64,000 nucleotides of DNA from Bacteroidales bacterium (lineage in GTDB: Bacteria; Bacteroidota; Bacteroidia; Bacteroidales; ML635J-15), in the NCBI GenBank assembly GCA_027858835.1, contig JAQIBY010000009.1, forward strand, positions 19,151-83,150, written 5' to 3'. Shown here one piece after another: positions 10,784 through 21,440 of this stretch (its first letter is position 1; every line of letters begins with the position of its first letter). A model generated the notes under the pieces. The model was not told the DNA's origin. It searched no databases and worked only from the letters and a program-made list of their open reading frames with translations. The position numbers and the translations under genes were made by a program.

Positions 10784-12031
10784 TTATTCTTGTGCGAAAA
10801 CGTCGTTTTTTTTCAATACCTCCATAATTTTTTGTGTTGCCCCCCTTTTCTGTGAAATATAATTCAGTGCAATTTGCCCTACGTCTTTTTGTTTACTTTG
10901 CTGCTGAAAATCTTGCACAGTTTGGATCATTTCCTTCTCACTATTTACAGGGAAAGCAGCCCCAACCGCTATTAAATCACAAGCCTCCTTAAATTTCTCA
11001 TAATTTGGTCCAAAAATCACAGGTAAACCATAACATGCAGCCTCCAAAGTGTTATGAATCCCTTTCCCAAATCCACCACCGATATAAGCAATTTTCCCAT
11101 AGCGATAGAGTTTTGACAATAGTCCAACAGAATCAATTATTAACACGCGGGATTTGTCGATCTCAGTCGTTTCATAATTTGAAAATTTTACGAAAGGAAT
11201 ATCCTTAAAGCTTTGTTCAATTTGCTGTATATGTTGAGAATCCGTTTCGTGAGGTGCTAAAATAAGTTTCAATTCAGAGTGATATTGCATAAGCGCTTTC
11301 AAAATACTTTCATCCTGGGGCCACGTGCTCCCGGCGACAATGCAAAAATCATCTTTCACAAATTGCTCAAAAACTTCCAACTTGCAATCTTCTTTTGTGA
11401 TTTCCCAGACTCTGTCAAATCGGGTATCCCCGGCTATGCTTGCATGTAAAACGCCTATCTGTTTCAAGCGCAATAGTGAAGGCTCATCCTGCACAAAAAT
11501 ATGTTGGTACATGCCAAGCATGTTTCGAAAAAAACCTGCCCAAGCTTTGAAAAAGATTTGATTTTCGCGAAAAATCCCTGAAATCAAAAATGTTGGAATT
11601 GCATGTTTTTGTAGTTGATTCAAATAATGAAACCAAAATTCATATTTAACAAAAAAACTTATTTCAGGTTTCAAAATATCCAAAAATGCATTTGCATTTT
11701 TTGTGGAATCCTTCGGTAAATAAAAGACAATATCCGCTAAGGAATAATTTTTTTGGATTTCATATCCTGAAGGAGAAAAAAATGTCAGACAGATACTGTA
11801 TTGCGGAAATTTTCTCTTTACTTCTTCAATAAAAGGACGCCCTTGCTCAAATTCCCCAAGTGATGCACAATGTATCCAAATGTACTTTGCGTCTGGATTT
11901 CTGAGCGCTTGTAATGAAGTTTTCCAATTTATTCTGCCTCTAATAAATCGCTTTGCCTTATCATTAAACAAAGCGAAACAACGAATAATAAACCAATATA
12001 TATTTACTCCGAGTTGGTAAAAAATGCGCAT
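10784..12031 (-). CDS. waaA: 3-deoxy-D-manno-octulosonic acid (Kdo) transferase
   Basis: 415 aa. WIHCASLGEFEQGRP motif and a GT-B C-terminal half characteristic of KdtA/WaaA. Confidence 0.9.
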   Translation of the reverse strand: MRIFYQLGVNIYWFIIRCFALFNDKAKRFIRGRINWKTSLQALRNPDAKYIWIHCASLGEFEQGRPFIEEVKRKFPQYSICLTFFSPSGYEIQKNYSLADIVFYLPKDSTKNANAFLDILKPEISFFVKYEFWFHYLNQLQKHAIPTFLISGIFRENQIFFKAWAGFFRNMLGMYQHIFVQDEPSLLRLKQIGVLHASIAGDTRFDRVWEITKEDCKLEVFEQFVKDDFCIVAGSTWPQDESILKALMQYHSELKLILAPHETDSQHIQQIEQSFKDIPFVKFSNYETTEIDKSRVLIIDSVGLLSKLYRYGKIAYIGGGFGKGIHNTLEAACYGLPVIFGPNYEKFKEACDLIAVGAAFPVNSEKEMIQTVQDFQQQSKQKDVGQIALNYISQKRGATQKIMEVLKKNDVFAQE

Positions 12032-12034
12032 AAT

Positions 12035-12790
12035 CTAATAGTAATAAAATTCTTGAGGTGCCTTGCTGTAAATCGGAATTATCCATCCCACATTAAATCC
12101 CCACAAAAAATCATTTTTTTGACTCGTATCAGCAACACCGGTATCGTAATTTATACTACGGCGATTATATGTCCAGGCTTGATAAAATTCAAATCCTGCA
12201 AAAAAATTATAATGTCCTTTAGAATCTAAATACTGGTAACCGACAAACTGCCGCAAGGACAATCCATAAGTCAGGCGATCATATCCATCACGATAATCTC
12301 CAAGTACGGCAGGGATATTATTATCTTTATTTTCAATATGGATGTGATGCTGCAGAATTCCGGCACCGAGTTCGAGTTTTATTCCAGAATTAGGATTCGG
12401 AGATAATACCGGTATGATTTTCCCGATGCTTGCTCCTCCATAAAATCCTCGCTGAGTTAAAAGTATTGTCCCGTATTCGCCATATTCGTTGATAATTCCG
12501 CCTTGTCTGTCTTTTAAATGATCAAGAATTGTACTGTCTTTAACAAATCCGCCAAACAGATAATTTGCCTGTAAGCCGAGTGTCCAGTTGTTTTTAAACT
12601 TATTTTCAAGTGACATTCCAATCATATGACTGGGACCAAACCGATTTGCAATATCACCGGAAGGAACATGGAATGAATAGTTTGCACGTATTTGAAAGAT
12701 ATTTATTACACTGTCTTTTATTTGTCCGCTGAGGTTCAGACTAAAAAGACTGAGCAATAACACCTGAACTATTTTTCGACTTGTTGCCAT
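12035..12790 (-). CDS. hypothetical outer-membrane beta-barrel-like protein
   Basis: Signal peptide when started at the Met at 12790 (MATSRKIVQVLLLSLFSLNLSGQ). Alternating aromatic/Gly-rich strands and an aromatic C-terminus (FYYY). The ORF track start is 12820. Confidence 0.5.
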   Translation of the reverse strand: MATSRKIVQVLLLSLFSLNLSGQIKDSVINIFQIRANYSFHVPSGDIANRFGPSHMIGMSLENKFKNNWTLGLQANYLFGGFVKDSTILDHLKDRQGGIINEYGEYGTILLTQRGFYGGASIGKIIPVLSPNPNSGIKLELGAGILQHHIHIENKDNNIPAVLGDYRDGYDRLTYGLSLRQFVGYQYLDSKGHYNFFAGFEFYQAWTYNRRSINYDTGVADTSQKNDFLWGFNVGWIIPIYSKAPQEFYYY

Positions 12791-12865
12791 AGCTGCAAAA
12801 GTAAGATTATTTTTAAACAACGCCTAAGTCAGCTTTTTATTGAAATCCATTATAAAAAATACGAA

Positions 12866-13288
12866 TTATATTTTGCCGGCATGCTTCAAATACTGATTTT
12901 CTTTAACATGCATTTCATTCTTTTCGGATTCAGACTTGTCTTTATATCCGCAAAGGTGCAAAACCCCGTGAATAACAACACGATAAAGTTCCTGAGAAAA
13001 ATTGTCGGCATACTTGTCGGCATTCTCTTTTATCCTGTCAAGAGAAATAAATAAATCGCCGGAAATAATTTTATCCTCAACATAATCAAAGGTGATAATG
13101 TCCGTAAAATAATCATGATTCAGATACGATTTATTCATTTGTAACAAATAACTGTCAGAACAGAAAATGACATTTATGTCACCCGATTGATAGTTTTCAT
13201 TTTGAACGAGAAATGTCAATGCTTTCTCAAGCTGATCTTGATTAAAATCAGGCATTTCCAAATCTTCCACAAAAAATTCAAGTGCCAT
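12866..13288 (-). CDS. ybeY: rRNA maturation RNase YbeY
   Basis: 140 aa with the HGVLHLCGY zinc-binding motif. Confidence 0.92.
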   Translation of the reverse strand: MALEFFVEDLEMPDFNQDQLEKALTFLVQNENYQSGDINVIFCSDSYLLQMNKSYLNHDYFTDIITFDYVEDKIISGDLFISLDRIKENADKYADNFSQELYRVVIHGVLHLCGYKDKSESEKNEMHVKENQYLKHAGKI

Positions 13289-16200
13289 TATTCACTGATA
13301 TTTATTAAATATTCTTGATATTTTTCTTTGTAATAGCGATGCATTTTCAGGTTAGAATACTCTAGCAATTCGTTAAAACGCGCTTGTTTTTTTGTTTTCT
13401 GAAATGCTTTTTCAGGATTTGAAACTTTGTAATCCCTTGCTTCTTGTGATTTTCTTTGTTTATCAATTTCGCGTTCAAATTCGGATTGTTCAGCTTCTAA
13501 CATGCGAGTAACAATTTGCTCTTGCCGTTTAAGCATGTTTGGGGTAATATTCCGATTAATCAAATCGTTTTTGTTTTCCTCCATCATCTGATTAATTTCT
13601 CGCAACATTTTTGCCGCATCGGGGCTAATTGCCTGATCAGACATCATTTCACTCAACATTTGCTGCATGATTTCTTGTTCCGCCAGCATTTTTGCAATTT
13701 GTTTGCTCATTTGTTGCTGTTGCCCCTGTTGTCCACCGGGTTTTTTCCCGTCTTTCATCATCTCAAGCATTTGCTGCAACTGTTGCTTCATAGATTGTTG
13801 CCGCTGCCGCATTTTTCCCATTTTAGGTTTGCCCTGCCCCTGCTGTTTTTGGCATTGTCCGTCAGAATTTGCCATGGAATTCATTTGCTGTTGCATCTGG
13901 TCAAGTGCTTCAGATAAAAGCAAGGCGAGATTATTTGTGTGTGTCATCACAAGTTGCTGCCCGGTGCGTACTTTATGAATGCGGTTATCATTGATATCAT
14001 CCAAAACATCACCCAAATTATTTCGGATGCTTTTTTGCTCTTTTCGGATAAGTCCGCCAACTTGCGGAACACGTGCTCCAAGCGCAGTCAAAGAATCATC
14101 TATCATTTGAAAATGCCCTTCAATTTTTGTCTGCTGACTAACAATTTCGCGAAAACGTGGGTCTCTTGAACTAATGATATTAAAATTGGTTATAAGCTCT
14201 TCCTGATCAAATGAAAATTGCAAGAGGTTTTCAAGCAACTGTCGCATATCATCCATGTTTTCCTGCGCAGATTCTTGCATGTTTTGATCCATCATGCTTT
14301 GCATCGATTCACTAAGCTCCTCCATTTTCTGCGAGCTTTTTTTCTGATTTTCAGATGCTTTACTTTCTTTTTCTTTTTCAAGATTTTCTTGTCCTTCTTG
14401 CATTTCCTGTCGGATTTCTTCAAAACTTTCGTTGAAATCCTCCATATCCATGGGCTCAGACAATTCTTCATTTTTCTCCATGGTTTTTTCATATTCCTCC
14501 TGAATGTCATCTAAAGCTTTTTGATCTTCGCTTTGTTCCTCTTTTAGTGATTCAGTCGGTTTCTCCTTGTTTTTTGTTTCTTCACTTAACTCCTCATGCT
14601 TTTCACTTAGTTCCTTCAATTGGTCAATCTGATTTTGCAATCGTTCCTCAACTTCCATGCGTTTGAGCATTTCTAGATTATTGTCTAATTGTTTTTCCAA
14701 ATCATCATAGGAGAACTCCATGTCTTTCATGAGTTCCTGCATGTCATCGGTTTTGTTTTGTTTCATGAGCTCGTTGAGCTCCTCAATCATTTTTTTCAAT
14801 TCCTCATCCATGAGATTCTCCATCATTTCCTCAACTTGCCTTTGCTTTTCCATGATGTCTTCACGACGATCTCCATAAGATTCCATGAATTGATTTCGCT
14901 CCTGATTTTGTTTGGCTATCTGCTGTGTCAAATCCTCCAGCGCATCTTGTTTTTCCATAATTTGCTGCATGGTTTGCTGACGCTCCCATTGACTCATGTT
15001 TTTATCGATGAGTTTTCGCTGTAGATCCTCCATGTCTTTCCGCAGCTTTCTGCTTAAGTCTTTTGCCTCGTTGATTTTATCTTCCAGCTCAGAATTTGTC
15101 TGGTCGTTCATCTGATTTAATTCATCTTTTGAGGGAAAACGGAATTCACGTGCAATGCTTTTTGTTTTTTTACTGCCTTGAATAGCATCATTGTCACCAA
15201 CTTCAAAATAATATCGAATTGCAGAAGTTTCGGCAGATTCAAATTGTGAAAAATCAAAGGCAAAATAAAATTCCTGCGGGCTTTGATTTGGATTGAAAGG
15301 GACATTAATAAATTGTGATTCTCCTGTTTTGCCATCCGCACTTGCGTAATAGAACCTCAAAGTCTTAAACCCGTAATCATCCCGTATCATTCCATTAAAA
15401 TAAAAGATATTCATGTCCGCACTGTCACGCATTTCCTGAATTTGTATTTCTGGATACAAATCGGGAACGACATGAATTCTGTACTGAATAGGATTTTCGG
15501 ATGCAAAATTTTCGTTTGCCAATAGAATTTGATAGCTCGCAGAACGCGTAAGGTTTGTATCGGCATGATAAAACTGCTCTGATTTTCGTGCTTTGAGCAT
15601 GGTAGAATCAGAAAACAACAAACTGACAGCATTGGTTTCTCTGGTATTAAAAGACCAACTGATTGCTGTTCCGGCAGGCATATTGATATCACCCTGATTG
15701 TTGAGTTTGCTCGGCTTTTCACCGGTATATGCGGGTGGTGTTAGTGAAATTTGATAATTAATGAGGGTCGGAGACGGCAATACTTCAATACGGTATTTTT
15801 CAGATTGTACTTCCCCTGCTTTAAAATATATTTCAATGGAGTTATTGATGTTTTTAAATTGATATTCAAACTGATTCGGTTTATTTTGCTCCATCAATAA
15901 ACGGTTTCCACTGAAATGTACCCAAACTTTATCCGGGATGTTTTCGCCGGTGGTTGTCAAATCCAGTTTTAAGTCAGCACCTTTGCGCACTGTTAAATCT
16001 TCAGTTTTAAGTTGAAATTCAAAAGGAGGAGGAGGAATAAAATCTTGGCGATGTTTTACGATACGTTCTGTCCCTTCGGAAATTGCAGATGGCCAAAACG
16101 AAAGCAGCAACACAAAAACAATCACAGGAGGGACTATATATTTTGCATATTTCAAACTGGACTTTAGCGGTAATGCACTTAAAAATGGAACGGGTTTTAT

Positions 16201-16620
16201 TTCTTCTGTTTTTTGTGAAATTGCCGCTTGAATAAGCTCAGAAGCTTGTGAGTTTTCCCGGTTCATATCAGCAAGCTCAAGGGTGTTTTCTAGTTTATCC
16301 TGCATTTCCGGAAAATAATTTCTCAAAATGCGGGCAGCCTCTTTATGCGAAATTAATTTTCCAATACGAAGAAATCCGAGTAATGGTCGGATAAAAAACC
16401 ATATGCTTATGCCAAGAACAATAACAAGCAGTGAATAAAACATAAAGGTTCTCACTCCGGAGTTAAAATTTCCGACATACTCCAAAAGGCTAACTATAAC
16501 AAAGTATGACAGTCCGATGGCAAGGGTAAGCGTAATGCCACGAATAATCTGATTCAGATAATATCTTCGGATAAACTGATCGAGTCGTTGTAATAATATA
16601 TTAAAATCGGACTTGTCCAT
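13288..16620 (-). CDS. large membrane-anchored protein with a long E/Q/K/M-rich coiled-coil region (DUF4175-like)
   Basis: 1110 aa. N-terminal TM helices, a central beta-rich region, then several hundred residues of low-complexity charged/Gln/Met-rich sequence. The stop overlaps the ybeY start by 1 nt (TAATG). Confidence 0.6.
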   Translation of the reverse strand: MDKSDFNILLQRLDQFIRRYYLNQIIRGITLTLAIGLSYFVIVSLLEYVGNFNSGVRTFMFYSLLVIVLGISIWFFIRPLLGFLRIGKLISHKEAARILRNYFPEMQDKLENTLELADMNRENSQASELIQAAISQKTEEIKPVPFLSALPLKSSLKYAKYIVPPVIVFVLLLSFWPSAISEGTERIVKHRQDFIPPPPFEFQLKTEDLTVRKGADLKLDLTTTGENIPDKVWVHFSGNRLLMEQNKPNQFEYQFKNINNSIEIYFKAGEVQSEKYRIEVLPSPTLINYQISLTPPAYTGEKPSKLNNQGDINMPAGTAISWSFNTRETNAVSLLFSDSTMLKARKSEQFYHADTNLTRSASYQILLANENFASENPIQYRIHVVPDLYPEIQIQEMRDSADMNIFYFNGMIRDDYGFKTLRFYYASADGKTGESQFINVPFNPNQSPQEFYFAFDFSQFESAETSAIRYYFEVGDNDAIQGSKKTKSIAREFRFPSKDELNQMNDQTNSELEDKINEAKDLSRKLRKDMEDLQRKLIDKNMSQWERQQTMQQIMEKQDALEDLTQQIAKQNQERNQFMESYGDRREDIMEKQRQVEEMMENLMDEELKKMIEELNELMKQNKTDDMQELMKDMEFSYDDLEKQLDNNLEMLKRMEVEERLQNQIDQLKELSEKHEELSEETKNKEKPTESLKEEQSEDQKALDDIQEEYEKTMEKNEELSEPMDMEDFNESFEEIRQEMQEGQENLEKEKESKASENQKKSSQKMEELSESMQSMMDQNMQESAQENMDDMRQLLENLLQFSFDQEELITNFNIISSRDPRFREIVSQQTKIEGHFQMIDDSLTALGARVPQVGGLIRKEQKSIRNNLGDVLDDINDNRIHKVRTGQQLVMTHTNNLALLLSEALDQMQQQMNSMANSDGQCQKQQGQGKPKMGKMRQRQQSMKQQLQQMLEMMKDGKKPGGQQGQQQQMSKQIAKMLAEQEIMQQMLSEMMSDQAISPDAAKMLREINQMMEENKNDLINRNITPNMLKRQEQIVTRMLEAEQSEFEREIDKQRKSQEARDYKVSNPEKAFQKTKKQARFNELLEYSNLKMHRYYKEKYQEYLINISE

Positions 16621-16635
16621 AAAGTATGTAACGAA

Positions 16636-17835
16636 TTATTTTGCCAACCATTGTTCAGGATTCAGGACTTTTTGTCCGTACCAAACCTCCATATGAACAA
16701 CTGTCTCCCCTGAATTCACATCAGTGTGGATAGATCCTATGCTTTGTTTGGCGCTGACTTTATCGCCGACAGAAACATAAACAGATTCAAGGTGGGTATA
16801 AGTGCTCAGATAATTTCCGTGTCGGATGATAATAGCATTTTGATATCCCGGCACTTTAAAAACTTTCCTAACCTCTCCATTAAAAATTGAGCGAACAATG
16901 CTGCCTTTTGAAGTAGAAATATCAACTCCGTTATTGTTGATATAAACCCCTCTGAGCACTGGGTGCGCCTGTTTTCCAAATTTCCCTGTAATTACTCCTG
17001 ATGCTACCGGCCAAGGCAGGCGTCCTTTGTTATTGCCGAACTCTTTAGAAATCAATTTTTCTTCGGGCGTCATCGCATATCCTTCTGAACTAGACCGCTT
17101 TGCCTCCTCGGCGATTAGGCGTTCAATTTCACGCTGTAGCTTATCAGCACGCTGTTTTTGTGCTTGCAATTGACTTCTTAATTCTTGCTCTTTGGATTTA
17201 AGGTTTTCAATAATATCATTTTTCTCTATAATTTCTGAATTCAGCTTTTGAGCTTCCTGCTCTTGATCTGTCAGCAGATTTAATTGCTCCTGTTTGGTGC
17301 TGTCAAGTTTTAGATTTTTTGCTATTATCTCTTCTTTTGTATTCACAATTGCCTCCGCCTGCAAACGTCTGAATTTAGCAAGCTCCCTGAGATATGCCAA
17401 TCGTTTATATGCTTGATTAAAATCATCGGCTGAAAGAATAAAAATCAATCTGTCCTGAGAGTTTTTGATGCGATATGCGTGCTGAATCATACGCGCATAG
17501 GCGGCTTTTAACTCATCGAGATCTGATTGCAAGCCGGAAATTGTTTCCTCATTTTCTGATATTTTTTCATCAAGAAAATTTACTTCTTCACTGATTTTCT
17601 GGATTAAAGATTTTCTTGAATCAATTTGTTCATTAAGTAAGAGTAAATTATTGTAGGTTTTTTTTCTGCCCTGTTTCGTTTCATCAAGCAATTTTGATGT
17701 TTTCTGAATTTGTTCATACGTTTTTCGTTTTTGTGCTTCCAAATCTTCTTTAGACTGGGAGAAGCCTTGTGTCCCAAAAAGAAAAACAAAAACTGTCAGG
17801 GACAGCCAAATGAATATGTTTGTTTGTTTTTGCAT
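16636..17835 (-). CDS. EnvC-like murein hydrolase activator (coiled coil plus degenerate LytM domain)
   Basis: Signal peptide and a ~230-aa coiled coil. The C-terminal LytM domain has NNGVD in place of HxxxD and VVH in place of HxH, so metal ligands are missing, as in EnvC-type activators. Confidence 0.75.
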   Translation of the reverse strand: MQKQTNIFIWLSLTVFVFLFGTQGFSQSKEDLEAQKRKTYEQIQKTSKLLDETKQGRKKTYNNLLLLNEQIDSRKSLIQKISEEVNFLDEKISENEETISGLQSDLDELKAAYARMIQHAYRIKNSQDRLIFILSADDFNQAYKRLAYLRELAKFRRLQAEAIVNTKEEIIAKNLKLDSTKQEQLNLLTDQEQEAQKLNSEIIEKNDIIENLKSKEQELRSQLQAQKQRADKLQREIERLIAEEAKRSSSEGYAMTPEEKLISKEFGNNKGRLPWPVASGVITGKFGKQAHPVLRGVYINNNGVDISTSKGSIVRSIFNGEVRKVFKVPGYQNAIIIRHGNYLSTYTHLESVYVSVGDKVSAKQSIGSIHTDVNSGETVVHMEVWYGQKVLNPEQWLAK

Positions 17836-17865
17836 AGTTTCCTAAGTATTTTACGAAAATACAAA

Positions 17866-18699
17866 TTAAAACCTGATTGCTTGATATTTATCCGGGATTT
17901 TAAATGGCGTTTTAAACTCACTCCCGAATGAAATGTTTTTTGTGTCTAATTTGATTTCACTTTCCTGATATCCGGAAATAATAAGACGAATATATTCTGG
18001 AAAAAACGCTGCATCAAAATTCTTGCGCATCCCATAATAAATAGCAACCGTTTCTTTACTGATCATACTTTTAAAAACTTGTCCTGCAAGAAAGAAACTT
18101 TCGGGATAGAACAAATATTTTCGGTTCACATAATCTTTATCAAAAGCTCTAATAATAGTATCATAACGAATTTCATTATTGGGCTCAAATTTCAGACAAT
18201 AAAACAAAGAATCATTACATGGTTTCAATTTATCAAAATCAGATTTTGGAGAATCCATGATTTTACCCAACAAGAGATTTTGCACATCATAAAAATCAAG
18301 TAGCAATGGAGACATTTGTGCCACAAAACTGTAATCACCACGATAATACTTGTTATTAATTCTGTCAATATATTTAACAGAATCGGGTGTAATGACTGCT
18401 CGCATACCTTCAAGGCTCATTGAGCGAACAGAAATCCAAATCAAACTGTCTTGATACATTCTGATGTAGCAATTTGCAGATTGTGCTCCTCCATCCGATA
18501 TGATTTCTGCATTAAAACGAAAAGAGGCGACTGAAGGAAAGCTGTCAGTGTGATGATAGCTTTCTATGATTTGCTCGGGCTTTAAAGCTTTATGTTTTCC
18601 GGTAAGAATCCGACTATTATGACAGGCATTCAATGCAAAAACCATAACAAGGATAACTGCAAACCACAGAAGCTTTTTACTATGTTGGATAATATACAT
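17866..18699 (-). CDS. lipoprotein, DUF4292-like (LolB-fold-like)
   Basis: Lipobox (LNAC). The pattern ...IRMYQDSLIWISV...EGMRAVITPDSVKYIDR... matches my memory of DUF4292, and so does its conserved position between a TPR protein and an M23 protein. Confidence 0.55.
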   Translation of the reverse strand: MYIIQHSKKLLWFAVILVMVFALNACHNSRILTGKHKALKPEQIIESYHHTDSFPSVASFRFNAEIISDGGAQSANCYIRMYQDSLIWISVRSMSLEGMRAVITPDSVKYIDRINNKYYRGDYSFVAQMSPLLLDFYDVQNLLLGKIMDSPKSDFDKLKPCNDSLFYCLKFEPNNEIRYDTIIRAFDKDYVNRKYLFYPESFFLAGQVFKSMISKETVAIYYGMRKNFDAAFFPEYIRLIISGYQESEIKLDTKNISFGSEFKTPFKIPDKYQAIRF

Positions 18700-20421
18700 T
18701 TACAATTTGCCGGTTGAGATTTTTTGTTTTAGTGCTTTATTTGCCTCATCGTACTTCAAGGCTTTTTTCCAATAGGTTTTCGCTTCCTCTGTTCGATTCA
18801 ATTGATAAAGCACATCTCCGTAATGTTCCAAAACCGCTGGTCTATCGCTGCCACCATCTTCTAAGGCTTGTTTAATATATTTCTCGGCACCTTCATAATC
18901 TTTCATCTGATAAAGTACCCATCCGTGAGTATCTAAGTAACTGGGGTTATTTTGGGCCAGACCAATGAGTTTTTTTGACATTTGTTTTGCCTTCTCAAGT
19001 TTTTCACCTCTCAGGGATAAATAATAAGCAAAATTATTGAGTACAAACACATTACTCGGGTCAATTTTTAGAATTTCCGTAAAGGCAGAATCAGATTTTT
19101 CATATTGTTTTTTACGATAATGTGATTCTCCCATGAAAATTAAAAACTCCACTTGTATTTGGGGTTCGTTCTTTGCGTAAAGAAGCCCTGTTTCAGCGCT
19201 ACTAATTGCTTTATCGTTTTTCTCAAGTTGATATGCAGCTATACTGTTAAACAAATATGGAAGTGGTTGAATCGGAAAAAGCTGAATAATGGTATCACTA
19301 TCATGAAGCAAGGTCTCAAAATCTTCAAGATGATTGTTCACATACAGCAGTTGCTCCCAGATAATGTATTTATCCCTGACAGTTTTCAGCACTTCGCGAA
19401 TATTTTCTCTTGCCGTGGCGTAATCTCCTTTTTTAACCAAAAAATCAGAATACACAGTTAATGCTTTTGGTTCAGCCGGATGTGTTTGCAGAAGCACGTC
19501 AAAGATTTCTTGCTGTGTATCCATTTCAACCTGACTGTAGCCGCTGGAAGTAATCATTCCCACCAACATTTCAACTTTAATGTCAAGATCGAGATTTTCA
19601 TCTGCAAATGCATCTTTCAAATAAGTAAATGCCTTATCATAATCTTTCTGGCTGCGATAAAACTCTGACATTGCAAGCAGAATACGTCCATCTTCAATGT
19701 TTTCATCAATGAGTTTGTCATAAATGACCTTTGCGTCATCAAAATCATTTATGGCAATGTACAACTCTGCAAGCAGAACCTGATAACGCAGAACATCAGG
19801 GAAAGCATTGATTAACTTTTTTACTTCTTTGATTGCTTTATCCTCTTTTCCTGCATCCAAATAAATACTTTCTTTTTCAACAATAATCATGTCAATCACA
19901 CCAAATTCTTTTTCTGCTTTATCAAGCGTTGAAATTGCAGCTTTTGAATCTCCGATGGACATATACAAATTGGAAAGCATAAAATAAAACTCGAGTTTTC
20001 TCGGTTCAAGCCGGATAATTTCTTCCATTTCACCTGTCGCTTTTGCAAAGAGACCTGCATTTTGATAAAGCTGAACCAGCAACACATGATACCATACATT
20101 ATCAACATCAAGCCCTACCGCATTTTCTGCATAATGAATTGCTGCTCTGAAGTTTCCGAGCTGTGTATTAACTTCGGCAAGTTGATAATGGAAAACCGGA
20201 TTTTCAGTCTCAATTTCACGTGCTTTTTCAAGATTTTCCAGTGCAGACTCAAGATTCCCGATAGTTTTCAATCGTAAACCCTCAAGAAAATAGGCATCGG
20301 CTAAGAACTCCTCGTCCGACAAGGATTTATTTGTATCAGCTTCAATGTTTTGAGTGCTTTTACATCCTGAAAGCAGCAAAAGTAAAAGAAGAAAACGACC
20401 TGCAATTTTTAAATGTTTCAT
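18700..20421 (-). CDS. tetratricopeptide-repeat lipoprotein
   Basis: 573 aa with a lipobox (LLLSGC) and many TPR-like A/Y/L-patterned repeats. Confidence 0.75.
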   Translation of the reverse strand: MKHLKIAGRFLLLLLLLSGCKSTQNIEADTNKSLSDEEFLADAYFLEGLRLKTIGNLESALENLEKAREIETENPVFHYQLAEVNTQLGNFRAAIHYAENAVGLDVDNVWYHVLLVQLYQNAGLFAKATGEMEEIIRLEPRKLEFYFMLSNLYMSIGDSKAAISTLDKAEKEFGVIDMIIVEKESIYLDAGKEDKAIKEVKKLINAFPDVLRYQVLLAELYIAINDFDDAKVIYDKLIDENIEDGRILLAMSEFYRSQKDYDKAFTYLKDAFADENLDLDIKVEMLVGMITSSGYSQVEMDTQQEIFDVLLQTHPAEPKALTVYSDFLVKKGDYATARENIREVLKTVRDKYIIWEQLLYVNNHLEDFETLLHDSDTIIQLFPIQPLPYLFNSIAAYQLEKNDKAISSAETGLLYAKNEPQIQVEFLIFMGESHYRKKQYEKSDSAFTEILKIDPSNVFVLNNFAYYLSLRGEKLEKAKQMSKKLIGLAQNNPSYLDTHGWVLYQMKDYEGAEKYIKQALEDGGSDRPAVLEHYGDVLYQLNRTEEAKTYWKKALKYDEANKALKQKISTGKL

Positions 20422-20426
20422 TGATA

Positions 20427-21428
20427 TTATCTTATTTTGGTGTAATCGCTCAGGCTGTAATCCTCAGCATTTCCGTTAATATCAGCAAATTGTCCAATCA
20501 TAGAATTGTCAATAATTTTTTGTGAAATTTTCACCTCGTTTTGCAAAATACTATTGGTAATAACGGAATTTTTAATTTGTGAATTGTCTCCAATGGAAAC
20601 AAAGGGTCCTACAACTGCATTTTCAATTTTGACATTTTTCCCGATGTAACATGGCGGAATGATAACGGAATTTTTGGTTTGAATGGTTTCAGAAATCAAA
20701 AACTCGTCTTTCAGGAAATACAACATCCGCTGATTGGTGTGTACTGTTGCATTTTTGTTTCCACAATCTAGCCATTCTTCAACTTGTCCGGGGACAAAAG
20801 TTAGCCCGTTATTTTTCATGTTTTCAAGTGCATCAGTGATTTGATACTCTCCGTTTCCGGTAATTTTATTGTCGAGTAGATACTGTATTGCGTCACGCAG
20901 TTTTTCTCCTTCCTTAAAATAATAAATCCCAATAATTGCCAAATCTGAAACGGGCTCTTTAGGCTTTTCGATAAAGTCGGTAATTAAGCCTTTTTCGTTC
21001 AATTTCACCACTCCGAACGCTTGTGGATTCTCCACTTTTTGAACCCAGATTGTCGCATCGTGAGTTTGGTCGAGTTTGAAATCAGCTTTAAAAAGCGTAT
21101 CTGCAAATGCCACAACAATTTTCCCGCTTAAAGACGCTTTCGCACATTGAATTGCATGTGCAGTTCCAAGCGGTTCTGTCTGGTAATAAATCTTACATTC
21201 TGCATTTAGTTTTCCTGCAATTGCTTTAAGTTGATTTTCAACCTCGATACCGAAATCGCCAATAATATAGGCAATCTCTTCAATTGCTTCATCTGATACT
21301 TTTGCAATGTTTTCAACTAAGTGCTGTACAATGGGTTTCCCGGCAACGGGAATTAAAGGTTTTGGTATTGTGAGAGTATGGGGGCGCATGCGTTTTCCCA
21401 TTCCTGCCATTGGTACTATTATTTTCAT
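20427..21428 (-). CDS. sugar-phosphate nucleotidyltransferase with a C-terminal left-handed beta-helix
   Basis: N-terminal MAGMGKRMRP...PKPLIPVAGKP (the G-x-G-x-R-x nucleotidyltransferase signature) and a hexapeptide-repeat C-terminus. Confidence 0.8.
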   Translation of the reverse strand: MKIIVPMAGMGKRMRPHTLTIPKPLIPVAGKPIVQHLVENIAKVSDEAIEEIAYIIGDFGIEVENQLKAIAGKLNAECKIYYQTEPLGTAHAIQCAKASLSGKIVVAFADTLFKADFKLDQTHDATIWVQKVENPQAFGVVKLNEKGLITDFIEKPKEPVSDLAIIGIYYFKEGEKLRDAIQYLLDNKITGNGEYQITDALENMKNNGLTFVPGQVEEWLDCGNKNATVHTNQRMLYFLKDEFLISETIQTKNSVIIPPCYIGKNVKIENAVVGPFVSIGDNSQIKNSVITNSILQNEVKISQKIIDNSMIGQFADINGNAEDYSLSDYTKIR

Positions 21429-21440
21429 AATGATTGCATT

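Noticed and set aside
13516-15024. Several 70-130-aa plus-strand ORFs (13516-13917, 13667-13978, 14218-14514, 14689-15024) lie antisense to the 1110-aa gene.
   Set aside because: They lie wholly inside the low-complexity E/Q/K-rich coding region. Their own sequences are repetitive (L/F/H- or C-rich), as expected from reading a biased repeat on the opposite strand. They have no independent signals.
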